NCBI GenBank assembly: GCA_002633005.1
Contig: NMRA01000438.1
Span: 323,624 to 385,010 of the forward strand
Reading direction: 5' to 3'
DNA: 61,387 nt
From: Phoronis australis
Lineage: Eukaryota > Animalia > Phoronida
Numbering within the stretch: position 1 is the stretch's first letter; each line of letters starts with the position of its first letter. A model generated the notes under the pieces. The model was not told the DNA's origin, did not search any database, and saw nothing but the letters and a program-made list of their open reading frames with translations. Made by a program: the position numbers and the translations under genes. Shown piece by piece: positions 38,826 through 51,800 of the stretch.

Positions 38826-39884
38826 CACACACAAACAAATCAAATGCAAACAAAGGGAATACTTCATTTTGATTGCTGCACATTTCTATAGGAAAACAGG
38901 AAAATGACAATTCGCAAGCGTAATCGGTAATCATTTCAGCTTTATAAAGAATAAAATGAAGAAATAGTGGTTTCAATAATTAGTGACAAACTTGCCTGAT
39001 GATCATGATGAAAATTTATTCGATCATCAAAGTGTAACATTAACGGGCTTTCTACTGACAATAAGACAATCGATGCAGTCACTGAATGTCATTTCCCCAT
39101 AATGTGTACCAAATTGAAAAGATTCAACCATTAGTATAAACCCTCTCTTCTGAAAGGATAAGTTAATGTCACTCAGTGAGAAAGGACAGGTATTTATACC
39201 AGATGCTTTGGTGTTCAGTTCACTGGGATATGGTTTCAAGGGTCTATGGAAGCGCTTGTTAGAAAGGTCCAGTTTCGGCACATGGCTTTCCTTCATGAAA
39301 CCTCATTCAGCCTCAATAACATCTACAATTAGATTCTTGAAGGTAAACACAACATCATATCACTTGACTCGTTTTGTGTCCAACATCTGACCCTGAACTA
39401 GACCAGATTGTCATTAGTTCTTCTTTAGCTTCAGTCCCTCATGTTTCTTCCAGGAAAGGAAATAAGCTATTGTCCACACATGACTCATTGCCTATGAAAG
39501 GGCATCATCTACAACGAGACTGATTTGTGTAGCAGTCAGATATAGTTCCTCATCATACACAAACAATAAATCCACTGGCACATTGTCTTATGGTAACTTA
39601 GTACTGCGATTCACATTTCTCCAAGGCCACTGACTTGTGCATTGTGCCATGCAGCACTGCTGGTGTGTGGAAATGCTGTGCGAAGAGAAAGGAGTAACAA
39701 AACTTGTCTATGTTGCGGCTTGAAGTGGCCTTAAAATGGCACTGAACATGGAACAAATGTTGAAATATGGATAATTAAGTACTCCAGGTTGGGTCAAAAA
39801 TGCTACCCCTGTTTTTCAAAAATGTGATATGGTGACTGCTCTACAATTTGATACAAAATTAAATAATAACTATTTTCAGAACAG

Positions 39885-42800
39885 GATTTCTTGTCATTAG
39901 AGGTTGGATCCTTGAGGTGAACAAACTTTTCCTGGATATTGTTCATAGGTTCGAAGCAGTTTTGTTACCCCGTGTGACCTGAAGTTGCTCAGAAAAGTTC
40001 TTCATCTAAGGGATGGCGGTAGATTTCTTTGGAAATAATACCTCTGTATGACCTGACCGCGTTCTCGCTTGATTTGTTGTAGGAAATTGCTACCATAAAT
40101 CAGGCGACAACGCGATTTGGACACAGATTGGTTGAGTCCAAACAGCCATCTCCATCCATCCCTGTATCAACTTGAACAGTGATCAGGACCTCCAACTCCC
40201 AGCTTCGACGCAGGTCAACCTATTGCAGCAACATACAATCAATGAACAAATGCCTTAGATTGAGGGTTGAAACGTCTGACCGTTCTTCTAAGTAAACTCT
40301 CCTTGCTCAAGACTGTCGGAAAGCAATGAAAAACCTTTTTTATTGCATGTTATTAATTTATCAGTTTTATTCGGTTTACGTAAAATGAACTAAAGTTCAG
40401 GTAACATTGCGCGTGCTGTGGGATTTGCTTCTGTCGATCGTCAATGTTGAGCGGTGAGACGAAACGATCCAATGACAAGACCTGTACAGGTATCGGAACA
40501 CAACAAGTCCGAGCGATAGCGTTCCAGGTCTTTTCAGTGGGTTTAGAAGTCGAGCCGCACTGTTAGTTGCCATCGATTTCTCTCCGACCACTATAGATAT
40601 GGAGTTCGGGATAGTGATTAACAACAACCGTCTATTGAGAGGTTTCACAACACAAAACAACGAATTGTTCAAATTGAGAATATTTGATGAAGCTTGTTGA
40701 ATAGTTCTCTGTCAGATGTTAAGAGCAATTCCATATAAAAACCAGATGGTGGGCTATATATGCAAAATCACCATTTTTTGAAACTTAGCACGTTAGATGG
40801 TCTTGTCAAAAGAACCCAGAGCCTAATTTTTTGAGAGTTTCTGAGTTTTTTTAACCCTTTTTACGACCATTTTATAATTTTTTTTGAAAAATAGCCAATA
40901 AAAGTACTGGGAAGTAGGTGATTTCCTGTCAGCAACAACACATCATCGATTCACGCTGTTGAAACAATAACTACATAGCAGAAAGAAGAAAGAATAAAAT
41001 AACATAAACTAGTTCGGATGGATTCATTGATTTTTTAGGTCCTCCTAGTTTAGCCTACAAAAATATCATTTTCACTGCTTATTATTAAGGCCATTTTACG
41101 CATTTTTATCGCTCTACCAAATCTATACCGGATTCTTTTGGAGCATGAGTTCACTTTCATCTGTTACTGCTGTCTTTGTTCAGCCCAATGCAAGAATAAA
41201 AAATCTTGTCTTTTTCATAGTTTTTGTGCAGTGAGTATTTTATATAACTCACACACTTTTCTGTCAACCTGTGTCTGTCAGTTATATTAAAAGACTCTAG
41301 GAGGCGCTACTTGATTAGCAATTATCTATCGACGAATATAAAACAAATAGAACAAATATCATTCGTTTTGCTACATCAGTGATGAAGGAGTTCATGGGAA
41401 GCTGTATGAGAGATCTTTTCTTCGCGGATTTTCAGTTTTGCTGGCGCAAAAATAAATAAATCAATTATAGGATTACAGAACTCAAAAAGTCAATTTTAAT
41501 GTACTGACGAGTTAATAATACAACCCCCATCACCATCTCATACTTCAGCTAAACAGATTTTATTCTTATTATGGGTGCCCATTCCCCCATGCTTGGTCAG
41601 TTTTTGAACTTCGTAATGGACTAAGAATCCCACGCACTGCCTACAGTGCATGCTGGTCCATTTTCAGACCTCTTGGACAAATCCTGTATATGCGCTTGAA
41701 AAAGTCCTCTCAAACTATTACAAAAGTTCATGCTAAAACTAATTAAAATCTTCGAGATCACAAGTGAAAAGATGACGGTGGATTCGAGCAGAAGTGTCAC
41801 GTTATTGGACATACAAAGGGTCACGCAATGCTTCTTGTACTACGCAAAAGTGGCCGAGCATGGTGGCAGTGCGCCAATGGAATTTGTAATTTCAGAAAAA
41901 TAAGATGTACGGATATTTACGATTGAAAGCATAACACTTTCAGTGATATCCAAGTTACCGGCTTTCCAAACCAGTATTTAAGCAATTGGGTGTTGTTGCG
42001 ACTTACTAGCTAAAAGTTTCACAATATGAAAATTCCGTTCATGCGGCGGACTCAAAACCACAGTTTCTTGAAGGTATGCTAGGTTTAGTTTATGATGCAT
42101 TTCCACACAACACTCCAAAAAAACTGCATTTTGTTTGAAGAAAACACGAGCTGCTGAAACACAAAGTCTTTCTGTTTTCCTCAGTACGCATGTCTAAGAT
42201 AGACATTTCTCAAAACTGGATAATCACTCCTTTAAAAATCTCAGTAGTTTCAATATCTTTAGAATCAATCATGTAGCCCATCCTAACCCGCTAACCGGAT
42301 AGGCCTATCAGGTTTGTGCACTTGGGCACTCAGTAAGTCGAAAGTTGTCAGCGAGAGCTAATACAATATTCTGAAGTGAAGTCATGACCTGTTGACCCAG
42401 GCCAAATTGTATGAAGTAACTTTTTAGCAATTGCTATTAATATCCTACCTGAACCAACAGGGATAGGCAACACGTAGCCCCTCTATTGGCCATTTAGGGG
42501 CCACAATACTTCTATTCGCTTTTCTGTACGCATTTTGTTACATGTATTTTAAACGGGCGGCCACCAATTTTTGAGTTTTCACCTCGTCAAAATACATGAT
42601 GTACATTCCACACTTAAAATTATCATTTAAAAAAGCGCTTAATTTCATCAATGGTCCTTTCTAGTTCTACACATATCTTCAATGAAGCTTAATTGCGAGA
42701 ACTAAGTTGACTTTGGCGAAGAATTCCAACTCCAATTTTTTGGTTGTCGTTAACTTTTTCACCGCGCGCGATAACCGCAAAGTACATGTATGTCAACTGA

Positions 42801-45140
42801 GTCACTTGAGTTAAGCAAAGGCTACCGCGAGACTGAGCAGAGCGCGTGACACTAGCGCATGACACTTGCAAAATAGAATGAGAAGGTATCAGGTGAAATT
42901 TGTAAGATTTGTGTCCCTTGGACGTTTTTTTCGTCAACACGCGTGATTTCACGTAACTTCCTCCAAATTGCACCCGGTAAGAGGAACTCGAGCAAACCGC
43001 GACAGATTTTCATCGATTTGTTCAAATAATCTTGACTGAATCGTTTTCAGACTTATGGTATGAGTTGCTTATAACGCCATGTGCATATATGCATGTTTCA
43101 TATGATTTTATTTCCTGTATTTTGAAATAAGTAATTTTTTGTGGGAATGTACTATCGCCCCTGTACTGTATGCCTGCGGCATCCATGACGATGTAATTGC
43201 CTACAACAGGGACTGCCAAATCAAACTGGCTAGCGAAAAATCCATTGCGACATGCGAAAGTCAACGCACCGTTCAATCTGTCACATCGTTCTAGCTGTGT
43301 GTTCTGGATAACAGCACGTCAATTTCTGTCTAGAGCCAAGTCCAAACTCATGTCGATGTGTGAAACATATAACGGCGAATTTCCATTGGTTTGCCAGTCC
43401 AGCCCCCTCTCTAAAAGCATCGAACTCTCCACCTCCAGCAAGAATCAACTGTAATTCCGATATACTTGCAAACTTCTGTGGCACTTTGCACGACCTCAGA
43501 TGACTTCTGACGTCTTTAACACAGCTAATAAAGGCCACATTTCCTCTGCAATCACACTTTTGTAACGAAAATTGACCAAATGTACAAGAAAACAACTCTT
43601 CCATATTCTTTTCAGTGACAGGAAGTGCATGTAATCTCGAACCCTAAAGTGCTATTGGTAAAATTAAACAAAGCATGGAGTGTTTCAGAAAATTGGGGAC
43701 TCAAAAGTGAAACTTAAAGTTTTGTGATATTGCATTGTAGATACTAGATCATATATTATAGGTGATGTCTCTGAACTAAAAGAGTAGCCTTAATTCTGTT
43801 GTCAGTCAGAGTAAGGCCATATCACAAAAATGCCCAAATTCGAGGGCCACTTTCAGCACTAAATACATAAGAGACAAGTTTTTTTAAAACAATTATCAAA
43901 GTTCAATCTTAGAAGTGTCTACACAAAGAATTTCCGATATAGCAGGCAGGTTAAGCAACATGTTGCCACTTGTGACTGGCCTGAAAAGTGGTCTCAGAGT
44001 TTTCTCCCCTGCTGGAAATTTAATTGCACCTATGAGTTGAAAATTTCATTTTCTAACTAACCTTACATGAGGCTTTATGACCATCATTGTCAATTTTTGT
44101 CACCAGTATTCCAAGTCTGATTTTTGCCGTTCAAAAACTGCAGTTTTACTGACATGGAAAAATGCAAAATATGCCTTTTTAGCCAAAAAGGTCATATTTC
44201 GGTAACAAAAGGTCATTGAGTGCAAATATTGCAGTGTACTTTGGGCCTGCATCCCAACACATGCACAAAATATTAGCTCTTCATGAGTTTTTGAGTATAC
44301 AGTGATTTTTCATTTTCATATGCTTTTTATCTGGAATCATTCTTTTAAAGTTCAAGGCATGGATTACTTGATAACCTTTGCATACGTTTGAAGAAATTTT
44401 AGCCAGGTTTTGAGACTATTTTCGTGTATAACACATTGTGTTGGTTTTACTTGAATAAAAGTTGCCTGCAACAGTTATTCAATTCTGTTAGTTTTTAGCT
44501 TAGATTCGGTATCGATGTAACTTGAACGACACAGGTAAGAGAATAATTCAAAGCGAGGATTGAGTATACTGCGGACTAGAAGTCCACCTTGAATACTGGA
44601 AAATATAACTATGTCAAAATGGATATACATGTACATGTAGCGATGATGGCAAATTATTCCAATTTCATGTTTTCATATAAAGAGAAAGCGATCAAATCTG
44701 TCCTCTTAATTAGGTTAGATTATAATTTACTAACATTGCATCCAGGTTTTGTGACACCACAGTCTCACCGTCAAATAACGGTGACGAAAATTCAATCTCA
44801 ATATATATATACATGAACACAACCTATAATCACAATAATAAAGTAAAATCGTGTAATTATCAATCTTACTTCTTGGTTCGCTGGAAACAAAGCGCACAAA
44901 AACAGTTTTCATGACAAGCTTACGAAGGCAAGCTTCCGAGGAATGAGCATTTCATATGAAACAGTTTAAAAGGTAGACAATCATCCTCCCTGACGAACCG
45001 CACGCACCGCATCACTACCAGCAATCGTTTCAGGAGAACAAAATTATTTTCTCACAAATGGTATCTCTTATGTTACTCACCAAGTTTTACGTCAGAAAAT
45101 GTTTTCTTCGCGAGGAAGAAAGGTTGGTTTTTTGAATACA
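39885..45140. repeat. Segmental duplication copy 1 (39885-40720 + 44350-45140), homologous to 59720-61387
   Basis: Long colinear identity, from caggatttcttgtcattagaggttggatcc to gcgaggaagaaaggt.ggttttt.gaataca. Confidence 0.92.
40721..44345 (-). mobile_element. ~3.6-kb DNA transposon with a degenerate transposase (Sola-like), absent from the duplicate block
   Basis: Imperfect TIRs (GAGCAATTCCATATAAAAACCAGATG vs GAATGATTCCAGATAAAAAGCATATG) next to TTAA; empty site at ~60590. ORF 43604-43281 contains CVKDVRSHL..SELQLIL..ICFTHRHEFGLG..CCYPEH and continues across frameshifts. The superfamily assignment is tentative. Confidence 0.7.
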
Positions 45141-45218
45141 ATAATTTTAATTTAGTTAATTCTCAGGAGGCTTCATAAAAAGTATAATGGCTCAAAATGT
45201 CATCATGAACATCACATG

Positions 45219-45806
45219 TCAGGGTATACTCATATAAGTAACGTTACAAACTTCTAAAGTACCCGACCGCGGACTTGAGTCAAAAGAAGATGGTGGATTT
45301 GGTTTGACGTAAATGTGATCGTCTGCTACCGTTACTACACCATTGTGTTTGCGTTTGTTCATTCTCGAGATAACTATGACGATAACAGCGACTATGACGA
45401 CAAATCCAACGCCACTGGAGACACCAATGATTATGGGCAAAAGCGACTCATTTTTTTCGTCCTCCTGTGTTTTCCCAATAACAGCAGGCGAAGAGGTTTT
45501 ACTATCATCTTTGCCTGGTTTCCCACCACGGTCGTTTGCATTGTGATCTTTTGAGGGTATAGTACTATGTAATGTTGCCTTGGTGAGTTCTACCAATTCC
45601 AAAGTTGTTTGAGGAGTTGCGCTTGTGGTTGTCACGGCTTGTGTCGTCTTCACTGAGAGTGTCGCTGTTGTAACTTGATAAGTTGGATAAGTGACCACTG
45701 TTGACACTTGGGTTGTGGCGCTATCTTTTGAGCATCGGAACAAAGTGACGTCATCAATTGCAATATCACTATAATAGGACGCACCACGCGTTGCATTCAC
45801 GACGAT
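45219..45806 (-). CDS. Gene C terminal exon
   Basis: gttccag|ATC GTC GTG...[25 protein letters not shown]...; open to TGA. Confidence 0.92.
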   Translation of the reverse strand: MVVNATRGASYYSDIAIDDVTLFRCSKDSATTQVSTVVTYPTYQVTTATLSVKTTQAVTTTSATPQTTLELVELTKATLHSTIPSKDHNANDRGGKPGKDDSKTSSPAVIGKTQEDEKNESLLPIIIGVSSGVGFVVIVAVIVIVISRMNKRKHNGVVTVADDHIYVKPNPPSSFDSSPRSGTLEVCNVTYMSIP

Positions 45807-48800
45807 CTGGAACAACAACAAACTTGAAATAAAACAATTTCAAGTTCGGAGAACCTTAAATGATTTCAAATTTCTGATGTGCAGAAAAAATGTTTCAGTC
45901 TTTGATATGACTATTAGTCGTGATTAATATCTTTACCGGACGACTTGCATCATTATAGTCATGAAACCATTAACATTTTTTATTTTCTATTTACTTATTT
46001 CACACAGGTGCCAACAAATACAGAATACAAATAAAACAAAAGTTCAAGTGCAATGAAATGATGATAGCAAGTCTAATGACATTTGGCATTACGCCACCCT
46101 TAAATATTGTCACAGTAGTTATGATCACGTCCGAATCATTTCTAACGTTATACAATTAACATCAAGAGCGATAACGTAATAATACGTGCCTCAAGTTGAC
46201 GAACAGTTTTAATTACAGAAAATTAAGCTTCTTTTAGAAACTTATTAACAAAGTTTCCAGTGACAGGGGAAGTTCGGAAGGCAAAGTTAGCAGCTGCAGT
46301 GCAAATAATCCATCAGACTAGTGTCACTAGACTGAAAACTTGGAAACCGAAACTCAAGTTTGATTTCATATCGGGGCTTGTTTCAAAGATCAATGAGTAT
46401 GCGGTACATCTACCTGAAAACGTGTAGTCAGTCTGGGGACTTGTATCTGACCTAAATGCCAAACGTCTTGTTGGTTTCCCTGTACGTGGAAAGATGTCGA
46501 CAACCTAGACAAATTGTCACCAGGTTTGGATACAAATACTTCCAACGAACCCACCATGGAATCTACAATAAAGAATGTGTAAGTGAAGTTAATTCTGGAA
46601 GCCACAAAAGCAAACTTATTTTAATTATAACTTGCTGTTTCAAAAATTCTAAAATTCAGTATTAAATTACGAAACTGAAATTTTGATTTATTTTTTCAGG
46701 AAGTTAAAGGGAATGTAAATTATGTTGTACTTGTATAATCCATGTTCTGGAAGTCAATAAACAACTTTCTTGACAAACGAATAGTATTTGCCCTTTCACA
46801 GGATTGGCATCACGTTTCCACCCTTTGGTTGAATTACAAAGGCCGGTTTGAAGCAAGAACGAATCTAATGTGAACAGAACTGTAGATGACACCGAATTCA
46901 TTACGGTAAGTGAACAAATCAAGTCTGGACAGAAGCCACTGGATTATTGCGCTTTAAGAACCATCCCATTGATTTTGAAGCAAGTGATCAATTTTGTTCA
47001 CACATAATTGCAGGTTTTACCTAGAATTATAGAAATCTTTCAAAGGATTAATTTCGCAATTAAAGTTTACCTAGTTTTCTATTAAGTGCTCAGGAAGTTT
47101 GACCTCGAGTGCTGAGTTCTGTTAAGATATTCACATACATCAGCGCAATAAGAGTACATGGAATTATTCATACATGTATTACTACGCGCAGTTGCGTCCG
47201 TGGTATCAAGCGACAACGGATCAAACAATAAAGTTAATGAGCGTTTCATTTTGTTTCTTTTCAACTGCGCAATGTGACAGAATGTAAAAAGTCAACTCAT
47301 TAGCACCGGGCAGGAAATACGCACTCGAAGTAATGGGGCACACTCTGCACACTTGAAAGCGGGCGTAAGTGCGGCAAATCCTAGCTATCGTGAAGTGTTC
47401 GTGGGTTTCAGAAATTCCAAGTGCATTCCTTTCCTTATAGACCTTTTCCAAGATAGGATTTTTGTCCAGGTTCCCTTGAATTCATGGTGCTAACCTGTTA
47501 GGTCAGGACGGGAGACCGCCAAAGGTTTAAAAGACCTTGTGTTCAGTGTTTTCAACGTCAGCGGTTATACGCCTTGTTCAACGAGATGGCGATGTTGTGC
47601 CACATTCGGCCCTGCTCAAGCAGTTGGGAAACTCTCAATTGGTTTAGTCAGAGTTACCATAGACAGAGGCAGATCTACGTTTTCAGGAAGAGTGGGCGGG
47701 GTGTTTAGGATTCGAGCAAATGTGAGGCGCGTAGCGCCGAGCGCAAGGAAGATTTTTTGTGGTTATTAGTAACTGATTTCGTTTTTCTGATCCTGTCCCA
47801 AGGGGGGTTGTACTCCGTGAACCCCCCCCCCTGTAGATCCGCCTCTGATAGAATCATACGCGCGAGCATTGCATCTTACGCACGAACCACCTACAAACCT
47901 ATGAATCACGCATACGAACAAAAATCATGCGCCCAAACCACAAAAATCATACATACGAACACAAAACCATACATATGAACAAAAAACCATACACACGAGC
48001 ATCGAATCACACGCACGAACACTTTATTGTTTGGTGATTCGTGCGTATGATTCAGATGCTCGTCAATATGATTTGTGTTACTATGTGTGATATTTTTGTG
48101 GTTCGTGCGCATGATTTTTGTTCCTATGCGTGATATTTGGGTTCGTATGCATGATTCATTGACTCGTATGCAAGAGTCATAGGTTTGCAGGTGGCTCGTG
48201 CGTATGATTCGGATGCTCGTGCGTATGGTACCCCTGTTAGTGTGCCTTATACTTACAGCCATTTAACCAACATACGCTCTCAAATTGATTAGCTATGACT
48301 AGGTTTTATCAAGTTTTCGTACCGTATAACTACACGTTCTGCAAGTAAACTTCGAAGTTTTTGTTTTACTTGAAATGTGCTCCATACAACTTACCGCTCA
48401 TGCCTATAGCGCCGCTATATATGTGGTACCAGAACTGGAAACAGCTACCACTCCACTTAGCGGAGAAATTCTGCGAAATTAGAACGGCCGATTCTCCTTC
48501 CTTCCGCGGGGCAGACGACTCGGTGAAGAGAAAATGACCTAAATGCAAACGAAATGATTTGAAAGGCTATCAAAAAGTCGAGTGTAAGTCCTATTAAAAG
48601 TGCTTATCTTCTTCAAAGACCATTGGCCAAAATTGTTCGCAACCGAGGGTGAAATGAATAGCAAACTAAGGGCACTTTTGCAACGGTTTAGATCATAAAA
48701 CTGGTCTCAACAGGTTGGTTACTCATTGATCTCTGGGCTTAAACACAGAGCATAGAAAACTTGCAGTTCCTTACAGCTTAAGAGCAACTTAAGTTGGTTT

Positions 48801-51800
48801 TCAAGGCAAGTTAATTTACGCGCTGTTGATTCTTTTCTAGTCCAGAACTCATTTCTAATCTGGGAAGAATATTCTGAGACCACAGAGGCGGATCCAGGAT
48901 TTTTAAAGGGGGTGTTGGATCAACGATTTTTAAACAGGGGGTCCAGGTCAACAATTTGAAAATTCTAGATTTGATACATAGGCGGATTTAGGGGGGGGGG
49001 CCCAGGGGGCCCGACCCCCCCTTGGCTGCCGCAAAAAATAAAACAGCAAGAGCGTAGGGAAATGTTGAGTTTATTAATTAACCCCAGTACTTAAAATTAT
49101 ACGGATGAAAAAAAAAATTAAATGTGTGCAGTTTTATTGTTGAGGGGGGGGGCTCAAATCCAATTTCAAGTGTCAAATTCGGAACACGGCGCATTCGTAA
49201 CGGAACTAGGGCTAAGTATAGGCTCTCCCGCGATATCCCAGGCGACCGGCAGTGGCGCTGCGCACTACGACTCCGTTTCCGTCGTCTGCTCCACTGTGCA
49301 ATGAAGAAAATTTACTTCATTTTTTAAAGAAAATGGAACCTGAGTGACGTTGAAAAAACAGAAGCTGCTGGTAAGATGTGAATTTTAATCGAAGCCTTAG
49401 TGAATCACTCAGAAACTCGCAATACTCTCTTTGTCAAACCTTATCTTAAGACGATTTCCAAAGCAATCCCGTCATTATTGCCAACAAGAAAAAACGGATT
49501 TGGTCTTTTGGGCATTTGAAGACTATTTTAAATACGACAAATTTGTTAAGAATCGATGGCACAAAACGTGTAATAAGCATTACAAAAGGAAGTAGGTTTC
49601 GCGCGCAAACGCTGTGGACCATAAACAAGTAGGTCTCTTAATAAAACATTAGTAGTAAAAGCGTGGTGGTGTAGTGCTAATCCACGCGCTCGCTAAGCAC
49701 CAGGTTGTGAGTACGAGTCTGTATGACACGTGTTCAGTGTTTTTTTTTCTTTTTTTTTCTTGGATAATACTTCAGGAATCAAGGAAAATGCTTGATTTTT
49801 AAAGGTAAAAACAGAAAATTTTCCTGGGGTTTGCCCCCCCTCCCGACCTCCCCCCATTCGGTGCTATGCCCATCTACAATCGTGGTTCAGTTTGCGCAAA
49901 TGCTTACAGCCGGACAAAATGTTGGAGCCCCCTTGTGATATCCTTGATCCGCCACTGTGATATTACTAAATCAAGGGAAAAAGGGAATGTACGAACCCCT
50001 TTGACCCCCTGGATCCGCGTATGAATCAGGGTTCGTTCTGTAACTCATAAATATAAGCGAATGCTTGTATTGATCACGTGCTTTGCTCGTAATTTTAGAA
50101 ATTAAATATCACGAACACTCTCGTGATCAAATCTAACCCAGCCTACGGCGACTGCCAAGGGGGTCTTATCAAAAGTTAATTGTCTTTGACATAAGGTGGG
50201 TATGAAGTCGTTTTGATGTACATTGTAACGTGCATAACAAATTCAGCAACGCAAAACATTCATCCCACGACACTGTCAGTCACCATTTGGCAATAAGCTA
50301 ATGGCACCGATAAGCCAAACATTAGACAACTTCGACAAAGCACGATACCTTAAAATTTTGCAGCTGTCCTAATGTACGATTCAGAAATTTAATCAGAGCC
50401 ACGGAACCAGCGCGCATCCCACCATGTTAATTGGAAGGTATGAAATGGCGGCTTACGGCAATTCAGCATACACATGTAAGTGAATCGGCATACAATACCT
50501 TTATTGCTACCAAGGGTGTGATCCACTGACGGGCCAGTCGACCGTGTTGGCGTTGTACTGGCGCGGGTCCAGTCAAAGTCATCACTTGAACTTTGTGACC
50601 ATCCACACAAATTCCTTTCAAAGTTACAGGAATGTAGCGTAACTGCAGGATATCAATTCATTAATTAACAATTAGTGCGACTATGAACATATGTGGACTA
50701 TCGCCTGATACGTTAGGGTGAAACCACTACTGTTAGAATTTGCTATTTTATATCTCTGGTGAAAGCGTCCAACAATAACCCACATAGTAGCTCTTCCGGT
50801 TTTAAAGTCAGTGATGTCTCGTTAAGTACTCACTTGGCCTGATCATTTAAAATTCACAAATACATTCTCTGGCATCTTTCGATAAAGTAGAAAACTGATC
50901 GTTCGTGATCTATAATAGAAATGCCACTCGCACAGAGCGACAATTTTATTTTTTGTATAACACAAGTACACAGCTAGGCTTGAACTATGATCAAAATAAG
51001 TCGGAAGAGTTCGAGCCAGAGATTAAAATTTTGATTTTTGCTTGAAATCTCAAATTTTTACTCGAGTTTGTAGCTCGAATTTCGGAATGACGAAGTGCGA
51101 ACTTCAACGTGAAACACATATGTCTAAACTGTTATGTACTCGACTATAGAATTCGAACGGAAAATGTCGAGTGTTGCAATGTTTGAGCTTGGAACAGATC
51201 TTTGATCTGGAAATGTACTAGCAAACACGTCGTACACTTTTATACTTTCTTACCCGGTAGAGATACAATTGTGAAAAGTATCTGAAACTAATCGAAAATG
51301 TTTCTATGAATCACCAGCCTAAAACTCCAGCAAGCTGGCAAAAAGAGACACAACGTGGTTATCTATATTGTTTTGTTAATTACGAGATAACCATCTAAGT
51401 CGTTACAGAACAACAGAATAAGTAAACATTTGTCATTTCTTTTTAATGCCAGGTAGGGTAGAGTGGGACAAGACGTCCAGTAGGGTGGTGGAACGCCCAC
51501 GTCAAACTAGGAAGCACGTGCACCACGCGTGCAAGCGCCTACTTGACTCTTTTACTAGCTCAACAGGAAATCGTTTTATTTTTAAAACCTTTCTTCTCAG
51601 TAGAACACTTATTACTGTGTGAGTAATATTTATACCATGCGCTCTTGAAAATTTTTGTCCTCATGAATTTCCCGAGATGAATGGATATTTTATTACGCTT
51701 TCATGGAATAAAAAAATCTCAAAAATGAACGTTTCAGCTAGTCAGGAAATCGCAACAAGTAACCAGTACAAGCGCCGCTATTGCCAGTAAAGACATTAAA

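Noticed and set aside
39027-39620. Possible decayed transposase C-terminus on the minus strand
   Set aside because: Resemblance too weak and fragmented to support a call.
47906-48262. 118-aa repetitive ORF
   Set aside because: Translation of the subrepeats of a foldback element.
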